Source of the DNA: an uncultured SAR86 cluster bacterium
Lineage (GTDB): Bacteria; Pseudomonadota; Gammaproteobacteria; Magnimaribacterales; D2472
Assembly: GCA_902509555.1 (NCBI GenBank)
Contig: CABWYS010000004.1
Coordinates: 1,771 to 65,770, forward strand
Direction: 5' to 3'
Length of the DNA: 64,000 nucleotides
Positions 12,650-22,719 of the stretch are shown piece after piece (within the stretch, counting starts at the first letter, position 1; each line of letters starts with the position of its first letter). A program made the position numbers and the translations under genes. Below the pieces are notes generated by a model, which saw only the letters and a program-made list of their open reading frames with translations, was not told the DNA's origin and did not search any database.

Positions 12650-13801
12650 ATGTTTAAAAAAGCTACCACAAGCCTAAATAAAACACTTCTTACTGGATTC
12701 GTAACGTTGTTCTCAAGCAACATGTTTGCTGCTTGGGGCGACTTAAATATGACTGAAGGGGTAACAGCAATCAGCAAAGAAGTCTTTGATTTACACATGT
12801 TAATTTTTTGGATTTGTGTAGTCATAGGTCTTGTTGTATTTGGAATTATGTTTTATTCGATGTTTGCCTTCACCAAGAAAAAAAATCCAAGTCCTGCATC
12901 ATTCCATGAAAATACTAAAGTCGAGCTAGCCTGGACAGTGGTTCCTTTTTTAATCCTGGTATTTATGGCAATACCAGCATCAAATACTCTAACAAAAATC
13001 TACGATGATACAGAGGGAGATATTAATATTCAGGTAGTTGGTTACCAATGGAAGTGGCAGTATAAATACTTAGAAGATGACATAGATTTTTTCTCCAACC
13101 TCACAACTGATTGGGATGAAATATATAACAAAACTCCAAAAGGAGAATTTTATTTAGAGGAAGTTGATGAGGCGGTAGTAATACCAGTAGGCAAAAAAAT
13201 AAGATTTTTAATTACAGCTAATGATGTTATTCACTCCTGGTGGATGCCAGATTTTGCCATTAAGCAAGATGCAATACCAGGTTTCATAAACACCGCTTGG
13301 ACAATAGTAGATGAGCCTGGAATATATAGAGGCAAGTGTACAGAGCTATGTGGAAAAAACCATGGATTTATGCCAGTAGTAGTTAAAGTAGTTACCCAAG
13401 ATGAATATGATGCATGGGTTCAGGATAAAAAAGATGCTGCTTTCAGAATGGCTGAACTTACTGAAAAAGATTGGAGTGTAGCCGAGCTCACTGAAAGAGG
13501 AGAAGGAATATACCTAAAGAATTGTGTTGCGTGCCATCAAGTTAATGGACAAGGCATCACAGGAATATTTCCAAACTTGGCCGGCAGTGATGTTGTTTTA
13601 AATGACAAAGCTAGAAATATTGAAATTTTGATGGAGGGTGTTCAAGGAGCCGCCATGCAATCATTTGCAAACCAGCTCTCAGAAGTTGATATGGCTTCGG
13701 TGATCACCTATACAAGACAAGCTTGGGGTAATGCCGAAAACGGCGATGGAGAAATCGTTGTTCCCAAAGACATTGTCGAATATAAAAAACCTAAAGTTTA
13801 A
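12650..13801 (+). CDS. coxB: Cytochrome c oxidase subunit II with C-terminal cytochrome c domain
   Basis: CuA ligands DVIHSW and CTELCGKNHGFM; C-terminal CVACH heme motif. Confidence 0.97.
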   Translation: MFKKATTSLNKTLLTGFVTLFSSNMFAAWGDLNMTEGVTAISKEVFDLHMLIFWICVVIGLVVFGIMFYSMFAFTKKKNPSPASFHENTKVELAWTVVPFLILVFMAIPASNTLTKIYDDTEGDINIQVVGYQWKWQYKYLEDDIDFFSNLTTDWDEIYNKTPKGEFYLEEVDEAVVIPVGKKIRFLITANDVIHSWWMPDFAIKQDAIPGFINTAWTIVDEPGIYRGKCTELCGKNHGFMPVVVKVVTQDEYDAWVQDKKDAAFRMAELTEKDWSVAELTERGEGIYLKNCVACHQVNGQGITGIFPNLAGSDVVLNDKARNIEILMEGVQGAAMQSFANQLSEVDMASVITYTRQAWGNAENGDGEIVVPKDIVEYKKPKV

Positions 13802-13815
13802 AAAAAGGAAGTAAT

Positions 13816-15402
13816 ATGAGTGCAGTAATAGAATCCCACAATCATGATGATCACCATCATGGTCCTGCCAAAGGATTGACCAGATGGTTATACACCACAA
13901 ATCATAAAGATATAGGAACACTATATCTATGGTTTAGCTTTGCAATGTTCTTAATTGGTGGAGCAATGGCAATGGTTATAAGAGCTGAGCTTTTTCAACC
14001 AGGCATGCAAATTGTCGAACCAGAATTTTATAATCAAATGCTTACATTGCATGGGTTGATTATGGTCTTTGGGGCTGTAATGCCTGCATTTGTTGGTCTG
14101 GCAAACTGGCTTGTACCAATGATGGTAGGAGCTCCTGATATGGCTCTCCCAAGAATGAATAACTTAAGTTTTTGGATACTTCCATTTGCATTCTTTGTTC
14201 TATTATCATCTTTGTTTATGGAGGGTGGAGCTCCTAATTTCGGATGGACATTTTATGCCCCACTATCTACAACTTATGCCCCTCCAAGTGTTACCTTTTT
14301 TATATTTTCTGTTCACATCATGGGAGCATCATCGATCATGGGATCTATCAATGTGATCGTAACTATTATGAATATGAGAGCACCCGGCATGACTTTAATG
14401 AAAATGCCACTTTTCGTATGGTCGTGGCTAATAACAGCGTATTTATTAATAGCAGTTATGCCTGTTCTTGCAGGAGCAGTAACAATGATGCTCATGGATA
14501 TTCATTTTGGAACAAGCTTCTTTAATGCTGCTGGTGGTGGAGACCCTGTTTTATTTCAACATATTTTTTGGTTTTTTGGTCATCCAGAAGTCTATATCAT
14601 GATTCTTCCAGCTTTTGGTATCGCCTCTCATATCATTGAAACATTTTCAAGAAAGCAGTTATTTGGATATGCGTCTATGGTTTGGGCCATGGCTTCAATT
14701 GCAATTTTATCATTTGTTGTATGGGCGCATCATATGTTTACAGTTGGGCTTCCATTAGCTGCAGAACTATTTTTTATGTGGGCAACAATGTTAATTGCAG
14801 TTCCAACCGGCGTAAAAGTTTTCAATTGGGTCACCACAATGTTTAAGGGCTCAATTACTTATGAGACACCAATGCTCTTTGCTATAGCTTTTGTTGTGCT
14901 GTTTACCATAGGTGGTTTTTCTGGGCTAATGCTTGCAATTACACCTGCTGATTTCCAATATCATGATACATATTTTGTAGTGGCTCATTTCCATTATGTT
15001 CTTGTACCAGGATCAATTTTCTCAATTATGGCCGCTGTCTATTACTGGATTCCAAAATGGACAGGAAATATGTATGACGAAAGACTTGGTAAATTACATT
15101 TTTGGCTCTCCTTTATAGGAGTTAATGTAACCTTCTTCCCTCAGCATTGGATTGGTCTTGCTGGAATGCCAAGAAGAATTCCTGACTATGCGTTGCAATT
15201 CGCAGACTGGAACATGATCTCCTCAGTTGGAGCATTTTTATTTGGGGCTTCTCAAATCTTGTTTCTATTTATTGTTGTCAAAACCGTCATGGGTGGTAAG
15301 AAGGCGACCCCAGAGGTCTGGGAGGGTTCAAGGGGCTTAGAATGGACTGTAGAGTCACCAGCTCCATACCATACATTTACAACTCCACCCAAGGTAAGTT
15401 AA
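13816..15402 (+). CDS. coxA: Cytochrome c oxidase subunit I (A1 type)
   Basis: TTNHKDIG, WFFGHPEVY, WAHHM, VAHFHY, GMPRR. Confidence 0.99.
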   Translation: MSAVIESHNHDDHHHGPAKGLTRWLYTTNHKDIGTLYLWFSFAMFLIGGAMAMVIRAELFQPGMQIVEPEFYNQMLTLHGLIMVFGAVMPAFVGLANWLVPMMVGAPDMALPRMNNLSFWILPFAFFVLLSSLFMEGGAPNFGWTFYAPLSTTYAPPSVTFFIFSVHIMGASSIMGSINVIVTIMNMRAPGMTLMKMPLFVWSWLITAYLLIAVMPVLAGAVTMMLMDIHFGTSFFNAAGGGDPVLFQHIFWFFGHPEVYIMILPAFGIASHIIETFSRKQLFGYASMVWAMASIAILSFVVWAHHMFTVGLPLAAELFFMWATMLIAVPTGVKVFNWVTTMFKGSITYETPMLFAIAFVVLFTIGGFSGLMLAITPADFQYHDTYFVVAHFHYVLVPGSIFSIMAAVYYWIPKWTGNMYDERLGKLHFWLSFIGVNVTFFPQHWIGLAGMPRRIPDYALQFADWNMISSVGAFLFGASQILFLFIVVKTVMGGKKATPEVWEGSRGLEWTVESPAPYHTFTTPPKVS

Positions 15403-15992
15403 TGAACGAAGGATCAAAAAAAACGATTAAAACACTCTGTTTTGCAGTTCTGGGAATGTTTACCTTTTCGTTTGCTTTGGTCCCTCTCTACAATGTTTTT
15501 TGTGAAGTAACTGGGCTTAATGGAAAAATTGAACTAAGGGCTACCAACGATAAAAATATTGAGGTTGATGATGGGCGAGATATCTCAATTCAGTTTGTTT
15601 CTCATAATAATGAAGAGATGCCGTGGACATTTAAACCTTCTGAAGACAACATTCAAATTCAGACAGGCAAGTACCATACAGCTACCTTTTATGTAAAAAA
15701 TACAACCAACAAAAGAATGGTTGCACAGGCAATCCCAAGCGTAGCGCCATCAAACGCAGCTGCGCATTTAAAAAAATTAGAATGTTTTTGTTTTGAGCAA
15801 CAAGAACTTGCTCCAGGTGAGGAAGCACTCTTGCCGGTAAGGCTTATTTTTGATGATGAGCTCCCAAGTTCAATCAACAGTGTTGTTCTTTCATATACGA
15901 TTTTTGATGTTACAGATTATAATGATGTTGAATTTACTCAACATCACAATGATGATCACCATGCTGATCATGAAATGGAGCCTTCAATATGA
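15402..15992 (+). CDS. ctaG: Cytochrome c oxidase copper-insertion protein CtaG/Cox11
   Basis: VPLYNVFCEVTG and ECFCF motifs; ATG overlaps the coxA stop codon. Confidence 0.95.
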   Translation: MNEGSKKTIKTLCFAVLGMFTFSFALVPLYNVFCEVTGLNGKIELRATNDKNIEVDDGRDISIQFVSHNNEEMPWTFKPSEDNIQIQTGKYHTATFYVKNTTNKRMVAQAIPSVAPSNAAAHLKKLECFCFEQQELAPGEEALLPVRLIFDDELPSSINSVVLSYTIFDVTDYNDVEFTQHHNDDHHADHEMEPSI

Positions 15993-16894
15993 GTTATCAG
16001 AAATACTATGTACCAGAGCAAAGTAAATTTCCTATATATGCTGCAACAGCCCTCTTTTTATTGGTAATGGGTGCTGCGGGCACAATTAACGACCTTGGAA
16101 AACCTAGCAGTAATTCTGTATACATTCTTTATTCAGGATTTGCCGTTTTTGCAGCAACTTTATATTTTTGGTTTAGAACAGTAATTAGAGAGCATATTGC
16201 AGGTTTAGACAGTGCTCAGCTCCAAAAATCTTTTGTCTTTGGCATGGGTTGGTTTATTTTTTCTGAGGTAATGTTCTTTGCTGCATTCTTTGGAGCATTA
16301 TTTTATGTAAGAAATTTCTCTGTGCCATGGCTTGGTGGCGATGGTGAGAAAGGTCTTGCAAATATGCTGTGGGAAGGTTTTGAGGCTTCATGGCCTGTTA
16401 TGTCTACCCCAGACGCTGGATCAGCATATGTTCTTGCAGACAAAAATATGAGTTGGCCGGGTTGGGGCAATGCTCTAAAGTGGCTGCCTTTGTGGAATAC
16501 AATTGTACTTCTTAGCTCAAGTGTAACCGTTCATTTTGCTCACCTTGCGCTTAAAAATGATAATAAAAAAAGCTTTAATATCTGGCTTGGCATAACTGTT
16601 ACCCTTGCGTTAATATTTGTTGGATTACAGGCCGCTGAGTATTATGAAGCATATGCTCATTACGGTTTAACACTTAACTCTGGTATATATGGCTCAACCT
16701 TCTTTATGTTGACAGGATTCCATGGCTTCCACGTCATGATGGGTGGGTTTATGCTTGCTGTAATGCTGTCTAGATCAGTTTTTTATAATCACTTTGATCC
16801 TCATAGCCATTTTGGGTTTGAAGCTGCCTCTTGGTATTGGCACTTTGTTGATGTGGTATGGGTGATGCTATTTCTTTTTGTTTATATACTTTAA
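15989..16894 (+). CDS. coxC: Cytochrome c oxidase subunit III
   Basis: FIFSEVMFF, TGFHGFHV, WYWHFVDVVW. Confidence 0.97.
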   Translation: MSYQKYYVPEQSKFPIYAATALFLLVMGAAGTINDLGKPSSNSVYILYSGFAVFAATLYFWFRTVIREHIAGLDSAQLQKSFVFGMGWFIFSEVMFFAAFFGALFYVRNFSVPWLGGDGEKGLANMLWEGFEASWPVMSTPDAGSAYVLADKNMSWPGWGNALKWLPLWNTIVLLSSSVTVHFAHLALKNDNKKSFNIWLGITVTLALIFVGLQAAEYYEAYAHYGLTLNSGIYGSTFFMLTGFHGFHVMMGGFMLAVMLSRSVFYNHFDPHSHFGFEAASWYWHFVDVVWVMLFLFVYIL

Positions 16895-17107
16895 TTAAGA
16901 GCCCCAAGGAACAGTATTTCCTAGCTCTCCAGTATATAGGCCATAAGAGACCAAGATTAGTAGCAGTGCTGCAAGGCTAACCCTAAACCCAAGACTGTAT
17001 ACAGAGCGTTTGCCTTGTCCCTGGTCTTTGAAAAGAAAAAAGAGACTACTGAACAAGCTCAAAAAGATTAAGATAATAACAACTGCAATAAGAGGTTTAA
17101 GCCACAT
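16895..17107 (-). CDS. Twin-transmembrane-helix small protein (DUF2909/HIG1-like)
   Basis: Two TM helices with SLGFRVSL; conserved antisense position between coxC and SURF1. Confidence 0.85.
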   Translation of the reverse strand: MWLKPLIAVVIILIFLSLFSSLFFLFKDQGQGKRSVYSLGFRVSLAALLLILVSYGLYTGELGNTVPWGS

Positions 17108-17130
17108 ACTCGAACTATAACATTTTTATA

Positions 17131-17835
17131 ATGAAAGATTTATCAACAATTGAACTTATAAAACATAACAAAGCATTAACCGCTTTTTCATGCCTGTTTG
17201 TCGTTGTATTTATTTTGTTAGGGTTTTGGCAGATAGAAAGAGCTGGATCCAAACTAAACCTTATGCAGGAATTTGCTTTGGAACAAGCCAAAGCTCCCAA
17301 GCCTATTTCTAGCACTTCCTCACCTTGGAGCAGAGTATACATAGAAGGCTTTTATGATCCTGCCCAACAAGTTCTAATAGATAACCAAATTAAAAATGGG
17401 AAGGTAGGCTACAAAATATATACACCATTTTACTATGAGCAAGATCAAGCAATATTCGTTGATCGTGGCTGGATCTCTCAAGGCAAAACAAGAAATGATC
17501 TGCCTAATCTAAATTTTAATGCCACCAAATTGCGCGTAATTGGAAGTCTGATAAAGCCAGAGAAAGAAGTTTTAGCAGGCGATGAATTATTGACCAATGA
17601 ATGGCCTTTAGTTTCTCAAACCAAATCACCAAAAGTCATTCAAGAAGCCTATGAAAAACAATTTTCAGAAATGGTCCTAATTTTAGATCCTGGCTCTCAG
17701 TTTATGAATGAGCATATTGCATTAACACCATTTGTCATAACACCAACGAAACATTACGGCTACGCTCTCCAATGGTTTACCATGAGCCTCGTTTTAGCTG
17801 GAATGTTTATATATGCAATTAAGAGAGAATCATGA
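17131..17835 (+). CDS. SURF1-family cytochrome oxidase biogenesis protein
   Basis: LGFWQIER, VDRGW, HYGYALQWF. Confidence 0.93.
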   Translation: MKDLSTIELIKHNKALTAFSCLFVVVFILLGFWQIERAGSKLNLMQEFALEQAKAPKPISSTSSPWSRVYIEGFYDPAQQVLIDNQIKNGKVGYKIYTPFYYEQDQAIFVDRGWISQGKTRNDLPNLNFNATKLRVIGSLIKPEKEVLAGDELLTNEWPLVSQTKSPKVIQEAYEKQFSEMVLILDPGSQFMNEHIALTPFVITPTKHYGYALQWFTMSLVLAGMFIYAIKRES

Positions 17836-18371
17836 GAAGTAAGATATTTTTAGCAATTTTATTATTAACACCACTTTTAGTTTTGTTGATTTCAACACTA
17901 TCCTTTCAGTCAGGCTATTCACCACAAAATACTAAAAACAATGGAGTATTTTTTACTGAATATTTTGATGCGACTCAGCTTGATCTTGTTGATGATTCAG
18001 AAAATTTAAAATTTGAAGATGGTAAATGGCTATTTGCAACCTATGCCTTAAAAGATGCTGAGCTAGAAACAGCACTTTATTTGATGCGACAGCTTAATGT
18101 AGCCCTTAATAGAGATATTAATAAATTAAAAAGAGTAGTTTTCTCCCAGGATGTCGAAATGTCAGAAGATAAGCTGATTGATTATCCAAGAACCCAAGTT
18201 ATCTTTGATGCTGAAGGAAAATTATTTGAAAAGTTATTAGAGACAAGCAATGAAGAATTTTTTCTTGAGCAAAAAATTTTTATAATCGATCCATATGGAA
18301 GGGCTGTAATGTTTTTTCCGGTTTCCATGGATCCTAAGTTAATACTAAAGGACTTAAAGGTTTTAATATGA
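17832..18371 (+). CDS. Membrane-anchored protein of the cox assembly cluster (thioredoxin-like fold suspected)
   Basis: N-terminal TM helix, IIDPYG..M..P..ILKDLK C-terminus; conserved position between SURF1 and ctaA. Confidence 0.7.
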   Translation: MRSKIFLAILLLTPLLVLLISTLSFQSGYSPQNTKNNGVFFTEYFDATQLDLVDDSENLKFEDGKWLFATYALKDAELETALYLMRQLNVALNRDINKLKRVVFSQDVEMSEDKLIDYPRTQVIFDAEGKLFEKLLETSNEEFFLEQKIFIIDPYGRAVMFFPVSMDPKLILKDLKVLI

Positions 18372-19339
18372 GTTTAATTAGAGGGCTTTCATTTTTTGGA
18401 TTATGTTTTGCATTTGTTGTGATTGCATTGGGAGCATGGACAAGACTTGTTGATGCTGGTCTTGGCTGCCCAGATTGGCCAGGGTGTTATGGTTTTGTAG
18501 TATTTCCTACAACTGAAGCTGAAATCTTAATAGCTGAGCAACGATACCCTCAATTTCCTTATGAAATTGATAAAGCAATTCCTGAGGTTGTGCATAGATA
18601 CTTTGCAGCAGCTCTTGGATTTATAGCAATATTGCTAGTTGCTTTTTCATACAAGCACAAATTGCCGACACGAATAAAAGCTATAGCATCTTTTCTTTTA
18701 TTCTTTATTTGCTGCCAAGGATTATTTGGCTATCTTACTGTGAGTTTGAAGCTCTTACCAATTATAGTAACTGGCCATTTGTTTGGCGGTTTTATTACCC
18801 TCAGTTTATTTTTTTACTTATTTTTAAATACCAGTGATGGCATTAAAAATCATCAGATTGGGCATTTAAAGGTTTTGGGCGGCATTGCTTTGTTTGCCCT
18901 TTTAATTCAGATTTTCTTAGGAGCCTGGACAAGCACCAACTACGCATCTTTGGCTTGTGTTGATTTTCCAACATGCCAAGGAACATATACGCCTGAGATG
19001 AATTTTTCTGATGGATTTAATTTGTCACAAGAAGTTGGCCCGAACTATTTATATGGCTTACTAGACAATGAAGCAAGAGTTGCCATTCATTATTCTCACA
19101 GAGTCAGCGCATTAATTTTGACACTAATCTTTATGGTTTTAATTACTAAGCTTTGGTTTTCTAATGCCGCTCCGCTGGCCTCTACTTTAGGGGTAATATT
19201 GGTCACTCAGATTTCCTTGGGGATTATGAATGTTGTTTATGTGCTTCCTTTGTATATTGCTATCGCGCATAATTTAGTCGCAGCATTACTACTATTAGCC
19301 ACCCTAATGGTTAATCTTGTGATTTGGAAAGATGAATAA
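18368..19339 (+). CDS. ctaA: Heme A synthase (COX15/CtaA)
   Basis: GAWTRL..AGLGCPDWPGC, EVVHRY, second Cys pair, conserved His residues. Confidence 0.95.
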   Translation: MSLIRGLSFFGLCFAFVVIALGAWTRLVDAGLGCPDWPGCYGFVVFPTTEAEILIAEQRYPQFPYEIDKAIPEVVHRYFAAALGFIAILLVAFSYKHKLPTRIKAIASFLLFFICCQGLFGYLTVSLKLLPIIVTGHLFGGFITLSLFFYLFLNTSDGIKNHQIGHLKVLGGIALFALLIQIFLGAWTSTNYASLACVDFPTCQGTYTPEMNFSDGFNLSQEVGPNYLYGLLDNEARVAIHYSHRVSALILTLIFMVLITKLWFSNAAPLASTLGVILVTQISLGIMNVVYVLPLYIAIAHNLVAALLLLATLMVNLVIWKDE

Positions 19340-20195
19340 CACGATCAAAAACTATTATGAACTATGTAAACCCAATGTAGTTCTAATGATGCTAATCACC
19401 GCCCTAGTTGGATCGTTGCTGGCTAGCAAAACCTTGGCTCCATTATCATTAATAGCATTTGCAATGCTTGGTATTGCCTTGTGCGCATCTTCAGCAGCGG
19501 CAATCAATCAAATTATAGATAGAAAGACAGATGCTAATATGAATAGGACAGAGAATAGGCCTATTCCTCAGGGGGAAGTCAGCCCTGTCAATGCTTCAAT
19601 TTTTGCATTTATCTTAGGCTCACTTGGTGCGGCCATTTTAGTGATCTATGTAAATACACTAACCGCATTGCTTACGCTGGCATCTTTAATAGGATATGCA
19701 TTTGTCTATACAGTTTATTTAAAGAGAGCAACACCACAAAATATAGTCATCGGGGGTCTCGCGGGTGCAGCCCCTCCACTATTAGGATGGACAGCAGTTA
19801 CAAATTCTATTGATCCAAACTCTCTTTTGTTGGTATTAATTATTTTTGCTTGGACTCCACCACACTTTTGGGCTCTTGCAATCCACAGAAAAGATGATTA
19901 TGCAAAAGAAAACATTCCAATGCTTCCAGTGACTCATGGAGTCCAATTTACAAAACTGCAAATTATCCTTTATACGATTATTTTAATTCTAGTCAGTTTG
20001 CTGCCCTTCGTAGTTATGATGTCAGGAATTTTTTATTTCATATCAGCATTAATTTTAGGTGTTATTTTTTTATACTATGCAGTTCGCCTGTACTATGAAG
20101 AGGATAATGTCTCCGCTTTTCCCACTTTTGTTTACTCCATTTATTATATTTTTCTTATCTTTGCCGCTTTACTCATTGATCACTTCATAATTTAA
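19332..20195 (+). CDS. cyoE: Protoheme IX farnesyltransferase (heme O synthase)
   Basis: DANMNRT.NRP, LKRATPQNIVIGG, WTPPHFWAL. Confidence 0.97.
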   Translation: MNNTIKNYYELCKPNVVLMMLITALVGSLLASKTLAPLSLIAFAMLGIALCASSAAAINQIIDRKTDANMNRTENRPIPQGEVSPVNASIFAFILGSLGAAILVIYVNTLTALLTLASLIGYAFVYTVYLKRATPQNIVIGGLAGAAPPLLGWTAVTNSIDPNSLLLVLIIFAWTPPHFWALAIHRKDDYAKENIPMLPVTHGVQFTKLQIILYTIILILVSLLPFVVMMSGIFYFISALILGVIFLYYAVRLYYEEDNVSAFPTFVYSIYYIFLIFAALLIDHFII

Positions 20196-20197
20196 AT

Positions 20198-20848
20198 ATG
20201 AGCAAGAATATTAAAATTTCATTAGTGTTAATCATTTTGTTCATGATCGCAGTTTTGTCTTTGTTCATTAATAAATTAACCACTCCAAGATATTTATCTG
20301 CACCGGAGTTATTAGTAAATGGATATTATCAATTTCCTAACCCAAAGGAATTCTCTAATTTTCAAATCCTTACATCTAATGATGAAACGATCGATAAAGA
20401 TATTTTTAGAGGAAAATGGACTTTAATATACTTTGGTTATACTCGGTGCCCTGCAGAGTGTCCTGTTGCTATGTCTCTAATTAAAGCACTTTATTCAACA
20501 CTGGGGTCAAAAGGCTTTAATATGAACGATAAACAAGCCCTTCTTGTGACCATAGACCCTGAGAATGATACCCCTAATGATGTAGATCAATATGCCAAGG
20601 CATTTAATAACTCATTTATTGGAGCTCGTGGAGACAGGCCAATGCTTTTAAGTATGGCAACACAATTAAATGTGATGGTGGTTGAGCCCCCAATGAATAT
20701 GAGCTCCAACCATATGGATCACCTAGAAAATCATTCAAATAATATTTTGCTAATTAACCCTGACGCGCAATATGTTGGGTTCTTTAGACCTCCGTTTGAT
20801 GAGGAGAAGTTTCTTCTAACTTATCAGTCGGTTGTTACGCCTCGTTAG
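20198..20848 (+). CDS. SCO1/SenC copper chaperone
   Basis: FGYTRCPAECP (CxxxC), TIDPEND, conserved His (NHS). Confidence 0.93.
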   Translation: MSKNIKISLVLIILFMIAVLSLFINKLTTPRYLSAPELLVNGYYQFPNPKEFSNFQILTSNDETIDKDIFRGKWTLIYFGYTRCPAECPVAMSLIKALYSTLGSKGFNMNDKQALLVTIDPENDTPNDVDQYAKAFNNSFIGARGDRPMLLSMATQLNVMVVEPPMNMSSNHMDHLENHSNNILLINPDAQYVGFFRPPFDEEKFLLTYQSVVTPR

Positions 20849-21720
20849 CTTTCTAGAAATTTATTTCTTAGCTTTTGAATATCTTCATCAGAAATGTTCA
20901 AACCATCTTTTATAAAATTTTCTAAACTTCCATATTTTTCTTCAGCTGTTTTAAAAGCCGTTTCAATGTAGATACGCTCAACTCCTATGAGAGGTCGCAA
21001 AATCTCAGCATCGGCCTGATACAAGCTCATTAATTCTATTTGATCTAAAATTTCTTCAATTCTATCTTCGGTAAAAGCATTGGTCTTCATATAGTCTTCA
21101 ATTACATTCTCTCTGGATACTCCCAAAGCAATAAGTGTAATTGCTGCGGCAAAACCAGCTCTATCCTTACCAGCAGTACAATGAAATAAGGTTGGCGCGT
21201 CTTCATCTATTAGACCCCTTAGAAAATTTTCATATACACCTGTATAGCTTGTTACAAATTCTCTATTTGCATCTACTAAAAAGCTCTTAACCTCTTTATC
21301 AGTTTCACCTTTTAATACTGCCTCTATCTTTGATCTCATGGCCCCATCAACACTAATCGGCATTTCGATGTAGTTTATTCCCTCCGGAATAATATCTGGA
21401 TCTTCAGCTTTCTCTTCTTTTGACCTGAAATCAACAATTTTTTTAATACCAAGACTTTGAAGGTACTCTTGATCAGTATTAGAGATGTCACTTAGTTTAT
21501 CTGAGCGATATAGCATACCCCATTTCACGGACTTACCATCAGTAGTTTCATAACCACCAAGCTCTCTTGTATTATGGGAGCCATCCATTGGCAGCAGCCT
21601 GTGCTCTTCATTTTGAAAAGAGGGATTATTTTTATGAAGAGGTCTATCCATTAAATCTATTGTTTCTGAACATTGTGTAATCGCCAAGCAAAGAAAAATA
21701 ATTCCCGCTTGCTTATACAT
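20845..21720 (-). CDS. Exported tyrosine/inositol phosphatase (Y_phosphatase3 family), probable lipoprotein
   Basis: NTRELGGY, LYRS, DFRS, active site HCTAGKDRAG; N-terminal signal peptide with Cys. Confidence 0.88.
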   Translation of the reverse strand: MYKQAGIIFLCLAITQCSETIDLMDRPLHKNNPSFQNEEHRLLPMDGSHNTRELGGYETTDGKSVKWGMLYRSDKLSDISNTDQEYLQSLGIKKIVDFRSKEEKAEDPDIIPEGINYIEMPISVDGAMRSKIEAVLKGETDKEVKSFLVDANREFVTSYTGVYENFLRGLIDEDAPTLFHCTAGKDRAGFAAAITLIALGVSRENVIEDYMKTNAFTEDRIEEILDQIELMSLYQADAEILRPLIGVERIYIETAFKTAEEKYGSLENFIKDGLNISDEDIQKLRNKFLES

Positions 21721-22711
21721 CAATAATCACCTTTCCTTTAGCTTTTCTATCTTTTAAATGAGCAATGGCCGCTGCTGATTCTTCAAGTGAGAATCTGTCT
21801 GAAATTTCAGGGTTAATTTTGCCTGCAGAATGAAGCTCAAAAAGCTCTTGAAAATTTTTTTCATTTTCATCTGGAAACATCATTGTCCATGCACCCCAAA
21901 AAACCCCAACTATTTGACAGCCTTTAAGAAGAGCTAGATTAAGAGGCAGCTTTGGTATTTCTCCAGCTGCAAATCCAATAACAAGAAATCTTCCTTCCCA
22001 TGCAATTGATCTTAAAGCTGGCTCACTAAAAGATCCTCCAACTGGATCATAAATAACATTAGCTCCTTGACCTCCAGTGAGCTCTTTGATTTTATTGGAA
22101 AGTTCTTTTTGCTGATCTCGATCAAGATTGCCCGAGGGGTAGACAAATGCTTCATCAGCCCCATGTTCTAAACATATTTTAATTTTTTCTTCAGATGATG
22201 CTGCTGCTATAACTCTTGCGCCCATTGCTTTTCCAAGCTCTACAGCACTTAGCCCAACTCCTCCGGCAGCCCCTAGAACCAGCAACGTTTCTCCAGGCTT
22301 GAGGCCCGCTCTCTGCTTTAATGCATATAAAGAAGTTCCATAAGTCATTGGAAGAGCTGCAGCAACAGGAAAATCCATTTCCTTTGGTATCAAAACCACC
22401 CTGGCAGCTTCAACCACAATTTTTTCAGCAAAGCATCCATTTCCTGCCATAACAAATACATGATCGCCTACATTGCAGGAATCGACGCCTTCACCAATTT
22501 CAGCTATTACCCCAGAACATTCAGCTCCTGGAATAAATGGCATTGGTGGCTGGACTTGGTAAAGGCCTTGAATCATCAAGACATCTGGAAAATTAACACT
22601 AGCGGCTTTGATTTCTATTAAAACTTCGCCATTGCCAGGTTTTGGATCTTCTATGTCAGACACTATGAGTTTTTCAGGGCCGGCTAATTCTAAACACTGC
22701 AAAGCTTTCAT
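21713..22711 (-). CDS. NADPH:quinone oxidoreductase (MDR family)
   Basis: VNFPD..GLYQ..PFIPG.E, LGAAGGVG, YDPVGG, IGFAAGEIP. Confidence 0.92.
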   Translation of the reverse strand: MKALQCLELAGPEKLIVSDIEDPKPGNGEVLIEIKAASVNFPDVLMIQGLYQVQPPMPFIPGAECSGVIAEIGEGVDSCNVGDHVFVMAGNGCFAEKIVVEAARVVLIPKEMDFPVAAALPMTYGTSLYALKQRAGLKPGETLLVLGAAGGVGLSAVELGKAMGARVIAAASSEEKIKICLEHGADEAFVYPSGNLDRDQQKELSNKIKELTGGQGANVIYDPVGGSFSEPALRSIAWEGRFLVIGFAAGEIPKLPLNLALLKGCQIVGVFWGAWTMMFPDENEKNFQELFELHSAGKINPEISDRFSLEESAAAIAHLKDRKAKGKVIIDV

Positions 22712-22719
22712 TGTATTTC

